DNA from: Leptolyngbyaceae cyanobacterium
GTDB lineage: Bacteria; Cyanobacteriota; Cyanobacteriia; Phormidesmidales; Phormidesmidaceae
Assembly (NCBI GenBank): GCA_965263355.1
Contig: CBDHHL010000032.1
Coordinates: 2,464,001-2,528,000 of the forward strand
Length of the DNA: 64,000 bases
Direction of reading: 5' to 3'
Under the pieces are notes generated by a model. The model did not search any database, was not told where the DNA came from, and worked only from the letters and a program-made list of their open reading frames with translations. The first letter of the stretch is position 1; each line of letters starts with the position of its first letter. Both the position numbers and the translations under genes were made by a program. Shown piece after piece: positions 1-11,469 of the stretch.

Positions 1-949
1 ACCCTTCAAATCGACCCGCATTTTCATTCATTGACCCATCTTTATTCATGATGGTGATCATGGGCAGATTGTGGCGCTCACCCATGGCAAAGTCATTGGG
101 ATCGTGGGCAGGCGTTACCTTAACGCAGCCAGTACCAAATTCTTTGTCTACATAGCTATCAGCAATAATGGGAATTTCACGACCCACCAGTGGCAGGGTC
201 AGGGTTTTGCCCACCATTTCCTGGTAGCGCTCGTCTTCTGGGTTAACGGCCACTGCCGTATCCCCCAGCATGGTTTCTGGGCGAGTGGTGGCCACTTCCA
301 TATGGCCTGAACCATCGGTCATTGGATAGCGGAAATGCCAAAGGTTGCCATCGACGTCCTTATTTTCAACTTCGACATCGGATACAGCCGACTGGCTGGC
401 TGGACACCAGTTGACCATGTAGTTGCCGCGATAGATCAGCCCTTCTTCATAGAGTTTGGTAAAGGCCTGGAGTACTGCTTTGGATAGGCCTTCATCCATG
501 GTGAATCGCTCGCGGGTCCAGTCCACAGAAACGCCTAGTTTGCGTAGCTGGTTAACGATGGTGCCACCGGACTCGGCCTTCCATTCCCAAGCCCGCTCCA
601 AAAACTTTTCGCGACCTACATTTTCTCGATTTTTCCCCTGGGCCTTGAGTTCTCGCTCCAAAATAGTCTGGACGGCAATACTGGCGTGGTCAGTGCCGGG
701 CAACCACAGGGTATTGCGACCATTCATTCGCTGGTAGCGCACGAGGGTATCGATCAGTGCGTTCTCGAAGGCATGCCCCATATGTAGGCTACCGGTGACA
801 TTTGGCGGTGGAATCACCACGCAAAACGGCTCCCCACCATGGTCCGGATCGGCCTTAAACACAGCATTGTCTTCCCAAGTGGACTGCCACTTGGACTCGG
901 TCTGGGACGGATCGTACTGGCTCGATAAGTTGGGGACAGGTGTGGTCAT
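1..949 (-). CDS. valS: Valine--tRNA ligase, 5' part (runs off the window start)
   Basis: Not in the ORF track because it is partial. Manual translation from ATG at 949 gives [22 protein letters not shown]...[16 protein letters not shown] (HIGH motif)...[13 protein letters not shown], typical of ValRS. Confidence 0.96.
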   Translation of the reverse strand, partial: MTTPVPNLSSQYDPSQTESKWQSTWEDNAVFKADPDHGGEPFCVVIPPPNVTGSLHMGHAFENALIDTLVRYQRMNGRNTLWLPGTDHASIAVQTILERELKAQGKNRENVGREKFLERAWEWKAESGGTIVNQLRKLGVSVDWTRERFTMDEGLSKAVLQAFTKLYEEGLIYRGNYMVNWCPASQSAVSDVEVENKDVDGNLWHFRYPMTDGSGHMEVATTRPETMLGDTAVAVNPEDERYQEMVGKTLTLPLVGREIPIIADSYVDKEFGTGCVKVTPAHDPNDFAMGERHNLPMITIMNKDGSMNENAGRFEG

Positions 950-1068
950 TGCCTTGAGGATGCCTTGTTGGTATGAATCACGTTACTGATTAACTCAATA
1001 ATGTTAGGCCATAACCGGAAAGTCCGGCAGAGCTATCCTGGAGAAGATGCTTTGGTGCAGCGATACCA

Positions 1069-1307
1069 ATGCTGCTCACCCATGATCCCCTTGCCTGTTT
1101 CGCCTCAGCCGAAGATCTACCCGACTCGGACGATACCCCTGTGAATAATGCTCCAAGCAGCGCTATGCAACTCCTGAAGAAGGAGTAGATATTGAAGTTT
1201 CAAAGCGCCAGACTGAAGAATGACAGCGAAAATCAGCTGAGTTCAAAGCTGAAAAGCTGGCCGCTAAGCTGCGTGAACTGGGTATCGACCCAGAAAATTT
1301 TAGTTAG
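1069..1307 (+). pseudogene. Uma2 (DUF820) endonuclease-family remnant: N- and C-termini only
   Basis: ATG at 1069 gives MLLTHDPLACFASAEDLPDSDDTPVNN (Uma2-type N-terminus). Another frame then gives QRYATPEE...KAEKLAAKLRELGIDPENFS* (Uma2-type C-terminus) with an internal TGA. The catalytic middle is absent. Confidence 0.8.
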
Positions 1308-1311
1308 AGAT

Positions 1312-1650
1312 TTAAAGCTGCTCTTCAACTACAGGCGTTTCTGTCACAGCACCTTGCTGAGCTTCTAGTGCTGCCTGCTGACGGCGGTGAAAGTCAGCAG
1401 CAGCTTCGTCAATATTGCGATCAGTTTTCTCCTCAAACTCACCCTGACTGAGGCCATCGGAACGGCGGGCATTGCTTAGTAAGTCTGTAAGGCTAACGCC
1501 GCTGCCACCGAAGACTTCATTGCTGTCAGCATCACCGCCCAAATCATCAAATTCGCCGTTGCTCTGAGCGAATGCGGGAACGGTAACAACACCTAGGATC
1601 AACCCTAGACCCATTACAGAAGCTAATGCGTTTTTAAAGATGCTTGCCAT
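1312..1650 (-). CDS. Small secreted hypothetical protein
   Basis: 112-aa ORF with Sec signal peptide (..VTVPAFA/QS) and acidic mature part. Confidence 0.75.
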   Translation of the reverse strand: MASIFKNALASVMGLGLILGVVTVPAFAQSNGEFDDLGGDADSNEVFGGSGVSLTDLLSNARRSDGLSQGEFEEKTDRNIDEAAADFHRRQQAALEAQQGAVTETPVVEEQL

Positions 1651-1903
1651 AGTGAAGGTCGGTGTGAATTTACTTATTATTAGCTATGCCCACAGTCTAG
1701 CAAGACTATTTCTCGTTGAGACACCTGTGGACAGGTTTTTAATTGGTTGGCTTAATGGTTTTCAGGAGAATCGTCCGACAGACTAAATATCGGTAACATT
1801 AGGCCCCAAATGATGGCTGCTAATCTTAAACTTGCCACAACGGCCATACCTAAAACAGCTACACCCAGAAGCTCCAGACTATAAACTGCCACTGGCTAAG
1901 GGG

Positions 1904-2785
1904 TTAAGCAATGCGACGGTTGATCAATGGATAGGTCAAGGCTAACGCGCCACCGCAGAAACCGGCTAGCAGCAATAATGACATTCCCATGGAAATATCA
2001 CCCCAAGGAGCCTGCATAACAACATCGCTAAAGTTCCAGTTGTTATGCAAATAAAGATAACGGATGGGCTCGATAGCATAGCTCAAAGGATTAAGACTGG
2101 CAACGGTGCTCAGCCAGCGGGGCATAAAGGATAGGGGCACCAATGCCGTACTGGCAAATAACAGTGGCAAATTGGTGACAAAAATAACGGCAATTAGCTC
2201 AATGTGGCCGGGGAGAGCAAAAGCGAGTCCCAAACTAAAGGCGGTGACGCCCAGTACCAACATCAGAATAATGGCCATCATTAGGCCCAAACCGGCAATA
2301 TTAGGCAATCCTGCTCCCAGAAACGCACTTAGAACCACAATCGCTGCCGTCTGTACAAAGCTCATAGCGGCAATAAATAGAGCTGAAGCTATGACGATGG
2401 AAAATCGAGATACCAATGGGGCCACTAGTAACCGGTTCAAAAATCCAAACTCGCGATCAAACATCACGGGTAATCCAGCATTTAGGGCTCCCCCAAAAGC
2501 GGTAAATACAATGATGCCAGCGCCAATAAACTGTCCGTAGTTAACGCTATCGCCAAACAGACCCTGGGGAACGTTTTGGAATAGGGCACCAAACAGGATT
2601 AGCCACATCAATGGCTGAATAATGCCAGCAGCTAACGTGGAGGGACGACGCTGTAGCTGAATAAATAGGCGCTTGGTCAAGGCCAAGGTTTCCTGGATAA
2701 ATTCGCTGAGGCCAGGGGATGAGATCGCATCATCCTTCCACTGCTGTAGCTGATTATTCTGAATGCTGGGATAAGAACTACTCAT
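1904..2785 (-). CDS. ABC-2 type exporter permease
   Basis: About 6 TM segments with DREFGFLNRLLVAP and NPLSYAIE motifs; downstream of the ABC ATPase. Confidence 0.92.
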   Translation of the reverse strand: MSSSYPSIQNNQLQQWKDDAISSPGLSEFIQETLALTKRLFIQLQRRPSTLAAGIIQPLMWLILFGALFQNVPQGLFGDSVNYGQFIGAGIIVFTAFGGALNAGLPVMFDREFGFLNRLLVAPLVSRFSIVIASALFIAAMSFVQTAAIVVLSAFLGAGLPNIAGLGLMMAIILMLVLGVTAFSLGLAFALPGHIELIAVIFVTNLPLLFASTALVPLSFMPRWLSTVASLNPLSYAIEPIRYLYLHNNWNFSDVVMQAPWGDISMGMSLLLLAGFCGGALALTYPLINRRIA

Positions 2786-2917
2786 GTTGACTAAACGTTC
2801 TGGAAGGTATGGAGTTGGGCTAGGGTTACTAACAAGTTTACTAAGCTAGTTGGTAAACGACATATCAACATGCTATGGGAATAAGAAATAAGGCAATATT
2901 GCCTAGCGTAAATTACC

Positions 2918-3949
2918 TTAGCGTTTCATATTCTGCTGTTTCAGTTCCTTTTTCATGTCTCGCTTGCTAGCCGCCGCCATTTCCGCATCCATAATGGTAC
3001 GTCCGGTTGCGGCTAGGTAAACGTCATCCAGACTGGGTTGCGACTGGGCAATGCCAAAGGTGGGTAACCCAGCCTCCTTAAGGGCTTTTTGCACCGTCAT
3101 CAGAGCGTCAGCTTCAGACTCTACCACTAGGTTTAGGGAATTTCCTTGGGCGCTATTGACAATCACCTCCTGCACCACAGGCAGTTCTTGCAGCATAGTG
3201 CTTGCTTGCTCTGCCTCATCCAGGGACGTAAACTCACGGATGCGTAAGGTAATACGCTCACCGCCCACGTTAGCTTTGAGTTCTGTTGGAGTACCAGCGC
3301 TGATCACCTTACCCTGGTCAATAATGGCCACCCGATTTGCCAGGGCATCCACTTCCTCTAAATAATGGCTAGTAATCAAAATAGTAGTACCCGCTGCCTG
3401 GAGCTGACGCAAAAATCGCCATACAGCTGAGCGACTTTCGATATCAAGGCCCACCGTCGGTTCATCCAGTACTAGCACATCGGGCTGATGCAGTAACCCT
3501 GCCGCTAGGTCCAAACGCTTTTTTAAACCACCGGAGTAGGTACCGGTTTTCTTATCCGCCCAGTCGGTGAGCTCCAATAGCTCGATCATCTGGTCAATGC
3601 GGGTTTTGGCTAGCATAGCCGGCAGATGGTAAATTGCAGCTTGTAGCTCCAGCAGCTCCCGTCCTGTCAGTACCTTATCCAGAGCAACTTCCTGGGCAAT
3701 ATACCCCAGTCGCTGTCGCACTTGCCGGGGCTCGGCTACTACCGATATCCCCATTATTTCCAAGTTGCCTGCATCAGGCAGCGTTAGGGTACACAAGCAG
3801 CGAATTGTTGTGGTTTTGCCTGCCCCATTAGGCCCCAGTAACCCAAAGATTTCTCCAGGCTCAATTTGTAATGAGACATCCTTTACTGCCTGGACATCGC
3901 CATAGCGCTTCTGAAGACCTTCAATGACAACTGCGTACTGCTCCGGCAT
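2918..3949 (-). CDS. ABC exporter ATP-binding protein (DrrA-like)
   Basis: Walker A GPNGAGKT, signature YSGG, Walker B LVLDEPT, H-loop ITSH. Start placed at ATG 3949 (MPEQYAV); the ORF track starts at 3988. Confidence 0.93.
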   Translation of the reverse strand: MPEQYAVVIEGLQKRYGDVQAVKDVSLQIEPGEIFGLLGPNGAGKTTTIRCLCTLTLPDAGNLEIMGISVVAEPRQVRQRLGYIAQEVALDKVLTGRELLELQAAIYHLPAMLAKTRIDQMIELLELTDWADKKTGTYSGGLKKRLDLAAGLLHQPDVLVLDEPTVGLDIESRSAVWRFLRQLQAAGTTILITSHYLEEVDALANRVAIIDQGKVISAGTPTELKANVGGERITLRIREFTSLDEAEQASTMLQELPVVQEVIVNSAQGNSLNLVVESEADALMTVQKALKEAGLPTFGIAQSQPSLDDVYLAATGRTIMDAEMAAASKRDMKKELKQQNMKR

Positions 3950-4337
3950 TCTGACTCTCCTGAAAACCCAGTTTAAGGGAACTTCCATCTACCTATATTA
4001 GACTCTATCGGAATTAAGACGGTGTAAAATCGACTCAACACCTTATCAAGTAAGCATGGGGATAGCCTTTTTGACAGTTCCCGAAATCCTTGTACATCAA
4101 GAGTTTTACCATTTTCAATTAGGTCTATCGTAGGCTTCAACCAGCGGCAGGCTTACAAGTTAATCAGTGCAAATTCAACCAAGTTTTCTTTGAGTTAGCG
4201 TTGGGCACTCTATGATCGCGTGCACTGTCTAGCTTTGTTAAATTTAAACCTATGCAAACCAGGGGTTGAAAGTTTTTCAGCAAGCAGTGAATTCTTCCCT
4301 TTCGTAGGTATCCAATTGGGATACATTACCTTTGAAT

Positions 4338-5486
4338 ATGCACAAGTTCTATGCCCTGTTCAATTCTTTGGCTGTGAAGGGACTACCCTTCCTGTCAGTT
4401 GCTGGAATTTTGCTATCAGGCTGTCAATTTTCTCAGATATCTCAGCCTGATGTTTCAGATGAACCTGTGCCCATTGACGCAAAGGGTATTGCGCTAGGAA
4501 ATACCTCTGGAATGCGCATTGCTTTTTCTATCTCCTTTATTAAGGATTCTTCTTTCCGGAAGACGATGGTAGAACACTTTGAAAAAACAGCCACTCAAGC
4601 ACAGCAGCAAGGTCTCGTTGAAGGCTTTACTATATTGGATGCGGACCAAGATATCCAAACACAAATTCGACAGATAGAGTCGCTGATTGAGGCAAATTAC
4701 GACGCCATTACAATTTTGCCAGGATCGGCAACGGAATTGAATGATGTGGTTAAAGCTGCCTGTGATGCTGGAATTATTGTTGTTGACTTCAATGCTGAGG
4801 TAACAGAATCCTGTTCCTACACTGTAGGTATGCTCTGGGAACAGTATGGGGCTGTGCAGGGAAGCTATCTTGGCAATCGCCTCGAGCAGGGCAATCTGTT
4901 GGAAGTACGAGGGGCTCCGGGGAATACCTCTGACACGGATATCAGTGCATCTATTCATGCGTCATTAGCGGATTTTCCTCAACTTAAGGTGATTGAATCG
5001 GTGCAGGGCAATTGGTTGCAAGATGTTGCTCAATCAGCTGTAGAAGACGTACTGCCTACATTGCCAGACATTGCTGCAGTGGTGACCCAAGGAGGGGATG
5101 GATATGGTACAGCCTTGGCCTTTGCCGCCAGCGATCGCACCATGCCCATTATCATTATGGGTAACCGCTACGAAGAATTAAAATGGTGGCAAGAACAGCG
5201 AGATACCAATGGCTATCAAACGGTTTCAGCGTCGGCCACACCGAGCATATCGTCGGTGGCTTTTTGGGTTGCCCAGCAAATTTTGGCGGGGAAAGAGGAT
5301 GTACCCAACTATCTTGGGATGCCTATTTTGATTATCGATGAGGAATCTCTGGATCGTTGGCTAGCGATTACATCCGAAGGGGAAGTGGCCACTCCCAATT
5401 ACACCCAAGAGTGGACAGTCAAGCTGATTGACGCCCAAAATCAGGATGCTCCAATCCCACTGCCTCCTCTGCCTGACGAGTTTTAA
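4338..5486 (+). CDS. Periplasmic-binding-protein type I (sugar/RbsB-like) lipoprotein, SBP1
   Basis: Lipobox-like [32 protein letters not shown] and VRGAPGN patterns of ribose-type SBPs. Start 4338 (ATG) or 4332. Confidence 0.88.
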   Translation: MHKFYALFNSLAVKGLPFLSVAGILLSGCQFSQISQPDVSDEPVPIDAKGIALGNTSGMRIAFSISFIKDSSFRKTMVEHFEKTATQAQQQGLVEGFTILDADQDIQTQIRQIESLIEANYDAITILPGSATELNDVVKAACDAGIIVVDFNAEVTESCSYTVGMLWEQYGAVQGSYLGNRLEQGNLLEVRGAPGNTSDTDISASIHASLADFPQLKVIESVQGNWLQDVAQSAVEDVLPTLPDIAAVVTQGGDGYGTALAFAASDRTMPIIIMGNRYEELKWWQEQRDTNGYQTVSASATPSISSVAFWVAQQILAGKEDVPNYLGMPILIIDEESLDRWLAITSEGEVATPNYTQEWTVKLIDAQNQDAPIPLPPLPDEF

Positions 5487-5571
5487 TCTTTGTTTCATAA
5501 ATCCGCTTCGTTTGTGTTCAGAAAAGTCTACAGGTCTAAAGAGTGAGTGTGTTTTAGCTAGGTATAGACGT

Positions 5572-8304
5572 ATGCCCAATTCACCAGACTTCCTCCGACC
5601 ATTACCATGGGCAAAGATCTGGCTCAGCTCTCTCAAAGGGCAGCTGTTAGTTGCATTGACAGGAGTAACCGTACTGTCGCTTACGGCTGTTGTCGGTATT
5701 GTGATCTGGGAAACGCGCAGAATTCTTACGAACCAAAAAGGGACGTCTTTTGAGGCCCTTGCCACGTTTGGCAGTCAACGGTTAGAGGGCGAACTGGCTC
5801 GGGAAATTGATCTCCTTAAAAATCTATCTGGAGAAAACTCCTTCTTTTATGAGGTGTTTAGTCGAAGTCAGGAGGATGCAAGTGTCTTTAGCGATCGCAT
5901 CATACAACAACGAGAAAAGGCGTGGAGTGAGGGCGATGAAGCCTTACAAGTTAAGATCCGAAGTCACCCGGCCTCTATCCATCTAGAGCGTTTTTCTCGT
6001 AAGTTTCCTGCTCACATCGAACTGATCTATACGGATCGCTTTGGTGCATTAGTCGCTTCTGGTGGCAATCGTCCTGAACACTATTCCTACGCAGGCCAAC
6101 CCTGGTGGCAGAACGCCTGGAATGGTGGAGAAGGTCGTATTTATATTCACCAGTTACCCATTTCTGCAGAACAATCTGAGACCTTAATCGAGCTGGCGGT
6201 ACCTGTTCGTCTTTTGGAAAATCAAACTGCTCAGGGAGTATTGCGATCGCGCTTTTTGCTTAGTGATCTCAATGTGTTTAAGGACTTTTCCACACTGTCT
6301 GAAATTGGCGGTGTTGTTCTCTTGGATAAAGAGGGCAACATTCTTCACAACTCCAATCGAACCCACATTGGCAAAAAAATTCGTGGTGAAACGCTTACTT
6401 CGTTGCGGCAAAATGCAACAGGGTGGCAACAATCCCGAGATGTAGCTGGCGACAAAACCATTAGCGGCTACGCCCAACTTAAGCCTTCGGCTAAACAAGC
6501 TTATCTTGCCCCCCTAGAATGGACGTTGATGGTTGAACAATCTATATACATTGCCCTAGCTACGGCGAATCGCCTGTCTTTGGTCGCTCTGCTAGGCGGT
6601 ATAGGAACGTTAATGGTTGCTTTGTGGATGAGTCATCACACTGCTCAACGATTTACTCGACCTATTCAATCGCTTACCCAAACTGCCTCATCTATGGCTG
6701 CAGGAGAGTTAGCATGTCAAGCTCCAATGGTGGGTGCTAGAGAATTTCAAACCTTGGCTAAGGCATTCAACAGCATGACAGCCCAGCTACAACAGTCTAT
6801 CGCCACCCTGGAGCAACGGGTACAAGAGCGTACAAAGGAATTGACAGTCGCAAAGGAGCAGGCCGATGCCGCTAACCAGGCCAAAAGCGATTTCTTGGCC
6901 AACGTAAGCCATGAGTTCCGCACGCCCCTCAACGGCATCCTCGGCTATGCTCAAATTCTAGAGCGTTCCGAATCATTGGCTCCTAGGACAAGGGACGGCA
7001 TCGCTATTATCTATCAGTGTGGTGCCCATTTACTCACATTGATAAATGATATTTTAGACATTGCCAAAATTGAAGCTCGAAAGTTGGAGCTGGAGCCAAA
7101 ACCACTGTACCTGCCATTTTTACTTCAGAGTGTGGTGGAAATGTTTCAACTGAAGGCAAACGATAAAGGCATTGAGTTTATCTATCGGCCTAGTTCTCAA
7201 TTACCAGAGAGTATCGCAGCCGATGAAAAGCGACTCCGACAAGTGTTGATCAATCTACTGGGCAATGCCATTAAGTTTACAGACCAGGGAACAGTAAAAT
7301 TTCAAGTTGATGTGATGGCGCTATCTGAGAAAAGTGCTTTATTTCTGTTTCAAATCACTGATACTGGCTTAGGCATTGCCAAAAACGATCTTGCCAAGCT
7401 ATTTGAAGCATTTGAACAGGTAGGCGATCAGAAAAAACGATCAGAAGGAACCGGTCTGGGCTTAACCATCAGTCAGCGTATTGTAAAGTTGATGGGAGGT
7501 ACGATCCAGGTCCAGAGTGAATTAGGCAAAGGGAGCAAGTTTTACTTTACGGTTGAGCTGCCCCTACTTGTATCAAATTGGTCTGAGCAACCGAGAAATC
7601 TAGTGGCGAAAGATCTCATTGTTGGCTATGAAGGTCAATGCTACAAAATTCTAGTAGTTGATGATTGTTGGGAGAATCGAGCTGTTATCCAAAATCTTTT
7701 GGTTCCCCTAGGCTTTGAGATTATAGAAGCAGAAAATGGCCAAGAAGGGCTAGAACGAAGTCTTTTTAACCAGCCTGACCTTATAATTACCGATTTAGCT
7801 ATGCCGGTGATGGACGGGGTTAAGTTTTTGCAGCATATTCGCGAGTCAGACGAGTTAAAACACACTCGTGTAATTGTGTCGTCTGCTTCGGTAGCACAGG
7901 AGGATCAACGCATGGCTTTGGATAGCGGGGGAGATGACTTTTTAGCAAAACCTGTTGACGCTCATGCCCTATTCACCTCATTGGCAAATCAGCTTCAGCT
8001 AACCTGGATTTATGCAGATGAAGAAAAGCCCGTAGTAGTGTCTGAGCAGCTTCCTACCAAAATAATCTTGCCACCACGTCAAGTTCTAGAAGCACTGCTT
8101 GAGTCAGCCCAGGAGGCCAATATAAAAGCTCTCCGAGAACAGCTCACGAAGTTGACAGAATCTGATCAAGCATATGCGCCCTTTGCTGAACCTATTTTGC
8201 AACTCAGCCGACAATTTGCGGCTGAAGAAATAGAGGCATTACTCCAAAATCATCTGGCGGGGGAATTGCCCCATGCCAAAAAGAAATTAGAGGTTAGTGA
8301 TTGA
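5572..8304 (+). CDS. Hybrid sensor histidine kinase HK1 (TM-Cache-like-TM-HAMP-HisKA-HATPase-REC)
   Basis: H-box [10 protein letters not shown]-box [11 protein letters not shown]-boxes DTGLGI/GTGLGL, REC (VVDD, TDLAMP, KP). Start placed at 5572 to avoid overlap with SBP1. Confidence 0.93.
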   Translation: MPNSPDFLRPLPWAKIWLSSLKGQLLVALTGVTVLSLTAVVGIVIWETRRILTNQKGTSFEALATFGSQRLEGELAREIDLLKNLSGENSFFYEVFSRSQEDASVFSDRIIQQREKAWSEGDEALQVKIRSHPASIHLERFSRKFPAHIELIYTDRFGALVASGGNRPEHYSYAGQPWWQNAWNGGEGRIYIHQLPISAEQSETLIELAVPVRLLENQTAQGVLRSRFLLSDLNVFKDFSTLSEIGGVVLLDKEGNILHNSNRTHIGKKIRGETLTSLRQNATGWQQSRDVAGDKTISGYAQLKPSAKQAYLAPLEWTLMVEQSIYIALATANRLSLVALLGGIGTLMVALWMSHHTAQRFTRPIQSLTQTASSMAAGELACQAPMVGAREFQTLAKAFNSMTAQLQQSIATLEQRVQERTKELTVAKEQADAANQAKSDFLANVSHEFRTPLNGILGYAQILERSESLAPRTRDGIAIIYQCGAHLLTLINDILDIAKIEARKLELEPKPLYLPFLLQSVVEMFQLKANDKGIEFIYRPSSQLPESIAADEKRLRQVLINLLGNAIKFTDQGTVKFQVDVMALSEKSALFLFQITDTGLGIAKNDLAKLFEAFEQVGDQKKRSEGTGLGLTISQRIVKLMGGTIQVQSELGKGSKFYFTVELPLLVSNWSEQPRNLVAKDLIVGYEGQCYKILVVDDCWENRAVIQNLLVPLGFEIIEAENGQEGLERSLFNQPDLIITDLAMPVMDGVKFLQHIRESDELKHTRVIVSSASVAQEDQRMALDSGGDDFLAKPVDAHALFTSLANQLQLTWIYADEEKPVVVSEQLPTKIILPPRQVLEALLESAQEANIKALREQLTKLTESDQAYAPFAEPILQLSRQFAAEEIEALLQNHLAGELPHAKKKLEVSD

Positions 8305-8374
8305 GGCTCTTACTTGATACTTTTTGTAGTCTTGAGCTGAAAGCTAAGACTTAGAATCAGCCATGGTTCTCTAC

Positions 8375-8465
8375 CAGACTTTAAAGTCTGATTCATAGCA
8401 GGATTCTGTGTAGCCTTATCATTCTCCGGGTATTCTATTTTTATGTAAATGCACTTTATGTAAAT
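8375..8465. promoter_or_regulatory. Candidate operator motifs between HK1 and HK2
   Basis: Perfect 16-bp palindrome CAGACTTTAAAGTCTG (8375-8390) and direct repeat TTTATGTAAAT x2 (8440-8450, 8455-8465). Confidence 0.3.
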
Positions 8466-8538
8466 ACATTAAGGGCCAGCTGTCAGTTGCCAAAAGGTTC
8501 TGAGACTATACGCTTCTAAACTGGTTAAAAATGAACCC

Positions 8539-11352
8539 ATGCAAATAGTTATCTCGTTTTTTAGCCAGCTCTTAACACGTGTTAATTATCGGAAATCCTT
8601 AAGCATTAGCACTCTATTAAACATGGCAGTGCGTTTGATGCTAGTTGTTTTAGCAATTTCTGGTATCAGCTATCTGCATTTGATGCACCAGTTATCCCAG
8701 GACACTGAGGAACGGCTGTCCAAATACATTACTGAACGTAGCAAGCGCGAAGAAGAAATTTTTGTCCTAGCCGAAGATAATCATGCCTTGTTGCGTCAGG
8801 ACTTCCTCAAGCAATTCAATACAGATACGTCCATTGATTGGTGCGATCGCTTTCAGGATTACTTTGATACCTGGTCCGACGGGACAGTACGTAATGTTCC
8901 TGAGGGAACCTCATCCCAAGCCTTTGATACAGAGGCCCATCCCACTGCATTTTTAGAACGTAATCTAGACTTAACCACCGATCTATACAAGCGGATGGTG
9001 TTGTCCTACGAACTTGTAGACAGGTACGGATCTGGCTGGCGCAATCGTTTTTTAGACACTTACATTAGTTTGCCGGAAGGAGCTAATACGGTTCTTTGGC
9101 CAGGTGCAGCCTGGGGAATTGAAGCCGCTGTTGATCTCCACATAGCCGATGAAGAATGGGCCTACTTAGGCGAGCATATTCATAATCCTGAACGTAAAAC
9201 CCTGTGGACTGGAGTTTACGCTGATCCAGTCATTCAAGATTGGATGGTATCTGCCGAAACCCCCATTGATGACGCCAATGGTCGCCACCTGGCGACCATC
9301 GGTCACGATATTATTCTAACTAATCTGTTTGAACGCACTATTAATGACCACTTAGAGGGAGCCTATAATCTGATTATTCGGAAGGATGGTCAATTAGTAG
9401 CTCACCCCAATTGGATGGAACAAATTCGGGCAGCAGGGGGGAGACTTGATGTTCAACAATCTGGAGATGACCACTTAGAAAGATTGTTTAAATTTGCCCA
9501 GCAAAGTCAGACTGTTGGACCAGTTTCTTATAACCGTCAAGATCGAGAGTATTTAGCAATTGCCCAACTGCGTGGACCAGGCTGGTATCTAATCACCGTT
9601 TATCCTGAAACTCTTCTCCAGGAGGAAGCTTTTGAATTAGCCAGGTTTGTATTGTTATTAGGTGTGTTCTCTCTTATTTTAGAGATAATTCTTTTGTACT
9701 TTGTGCTGCGGCAGAAAATAGCTACACCTCTAGAAAACCTGAGGGATGCCACCCAAAAATTATCCACAGGTGAATTTGATGTGCAACTGGATACCGAAAG
9801 GCAGGATGAATTGGGCCAATTAGCATTAGCCTTTACCCAGATGACCCAACAATTGCAAACTGCCTTTAGTACGTTAGAAAAACGGGTTGAAGAACGCACA
9901 GCGGAGTTAAAACAGGCAATCCTCAGAGCTGATCAGGCTAACCAGGCCAAGAGTGAGTTTTTGGCAAATATGAGTCACGAGTTGCGCACACCACTCAATG
10001 GAATTCTGGGCTATACCCAAATTTTAGATCGAAATCAAATACTGGATCGCAAAACACAACAAGGACTTGACGTTATTCATCAGTGTGGCGTTCACCTGCT
10101 AACATTGATTAATGATATTTTAGATCTTGCTAAAATCGAAGCCCGAAAATTAGAGCTTGCACCGACGCCCCTCCATCTACCTTCTCTGATACAGAGCGTT
10201 GTGGAAATGTGCAAGCTCAAGGCAGAGCAAAAGGGGATCGAGTTTATCTATCGGCCCAGTGCCCAAGTACCAGAGGGTGTATCCGCTGACGAGAAGCGAC
10301 TGCGACAGGTATTGATTAATCTCCTGGGGAATGCCATCAAATTTACTGACCAGGGTTCGGTCACGCTACAGGTGGATGTACTGTCGCTGTCGACAACAAA
10401 CGCTTCGATTTTATTTCAAATTATCGATACAGGGGTGGGTATTGCTGAAGAGAATCTCGCTAAGTTATTTGAAGCTTTTGAGCAAGTTGGTGATCAAAAA
10501 AAACAATCAGAAGGTACTGGTCTTGGCCTATCGATTAGCCAACGGATTGTGACGTTAATGGGAGGAACTATTGAAGTCAAGAGTGAATTAGGTAAGGGCA
10601 GTGAGTTTTTCTTTGTTGTTGATTTGCTACTGGCACCGGATTGGTCCGAACAACAGGTTACATTAGGTAATAGAGATCGCATCATTGATTATGAAGGCAA
10701 GCGTCGCCGCATCTTGGTAGTTGACGATCGCTGGGAGAATCGAGCCGTTATTCAAGGTTTGTTGGCTCCTCTCAGATTTGAAATTATCGAAGCAGAAAAT
10801 GGACGGAAAGGTTTAGAGCAATTACAGATAAACTCACCTGATCTGGTAATTACTGATCTGGCCATGCCAGTCATGGACGGTTTTAAATTTTTACAGCATA
10901 TTCGCAGTACAGATGACTTTAAATCCATTCGTGTAATTGTCTCTTCTGCTTCAGTGGGACAGGAGGACCAGCGTATGGCATTGGACCATGGAGGAGATGA
11001 TTTTCTAGCCAAACCTGTCAATGCCAGTGAGTTATTTGCTTCGCTGGCAAATCAACTTCAGCTAACATGGCTCTATAAAACTGACGATAGTGCAGAAACA
11101 AGTTCTAAGAAATTGTCTATTGAAGTATCGATACCACCCTACTCAGTTCTGGAAGAACTTCTAAAATCTGCCCAGGAAGCTGATATGAAAACTCTCAGGG
11201 CACAGCTTACAGAGTTAATCGCATCTGATCAGGCTTATATTCCTTTTACAGAACCTATTTTGCAACTCAGCCGACAATTTGAGGCCGAGGAAATAGAGGC
11301 ATTACTCCAAAATTTTCTAGCAAGGGAATTGCCCCATGCCCAAATGAAATAA
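8539..11352 (+). CDS. Hybrid sensor histidine kinase HK2 (Cache-like-HAMP-HisKA-HATPase-REC)
   Basis: Two TM segments, periplasmic WTGVYADP..WMVS (dCache-like), [23 protein letters not shown]. Confidence 0.94.
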   Translation: MQIVISFFSQLLTRVNYRKSLSISTLLNMAVRLMLVVLAISGISYLHLMHQLSQDTEERLSKYITERSKREEEIFVLAEDNHALLRQDFLKQFNTDTSIDWCDRFQDYFDTWSDGTVRNVPEGTSSQAFDTEAHPTAFLERNLDLTTDLYKRMVLSYELVDRYGSGWRNRFLDTYISLPEGANTVLWPGAAWGIEAAVDLHIADEEWAYLGEHIHNPERKTLWTGVYADPVIQDWMVSAETPIDDANGRHLATIGHDIILTNLFERTINDHLEGAYNLIIRKDGQLVAHPNWMEQIRAAGGRLDVQQSGDDHLERLFKFAQQSQTVGPVSYNRQDREYLAIAQLRGPGWYLITVYPETLLQEEAFELARFVLLLGVFSLILEIILLYFVLRQKIATPLENLRDATQKLSTGEFDVQLDTERQDELGQLALAFTQMTQQLQTAFSTLEKRVEERTAELKQAILRADQANQAKSEFLANMSHELRTPLNGILGYTQILDRNQILDRKTQQGLDVIHQCGVHLLTLINDILDLAKIEARKLELAPTPLHLPSLIQSVVEMCKLKAEQKGIEFIYRPSAQVPEGVSADEKRLRQVLINLLGNAIKFTDQGSVTLQVDVLSLSTTNASILFQIIDTGVGIAEENLAKLFEAFEQVGDQKKQSEGTGLGLSISQRIVTLMGGTIEVKSELGKGSEFFFVVDLLLAPDWSEQQVTLGNRDRIIDYEGKRRRILVVDDRWENRAVIQGLLAPLRFEIIEAENGRKGLEQLQINSPDLVITDLAMPVMDGFKFLQHIRSTDDFKSIRVIVSSASVGQEDQRMALDHGGDDFLAKPVNASELFASLANQLQLTWLYKTDDSAETSSKKLSIEVSIPPYSVLEELLKSAQEADMKTLRAQLTELIASDQAYIPFTEPILQLSRQFEAEEIEALLQNFLARELPHAQMK

Positions 11353-11469
11353 GAGGATAGTGATTGATGACTATCTATTGATAAAATCTGTATCGTTTTG
11401 GTCTCTACTGCACATCGCTTATATATCAAGACTGGGCATTCTATGCTCGATATATTGAGAATTAGCAAT

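Noticed and set aside
71..989. Plus-strand ORFs 71-310, 456-737 and 795-989
   Set aside because: Antisense shadows of valS.
1904..3949. ABC pair as the missing transporter for the array's SBPs
   Set aside because: It is an ABC-2 exporter type, divergently transcribed; such exporters do not use solute-binding proteins.
5428..5571. N-terminal extension of HK1 in the ORF track
   Set aside because: Overlaps the SBP1 3' end and looks non-protein-like; ATG 5572 fits better.
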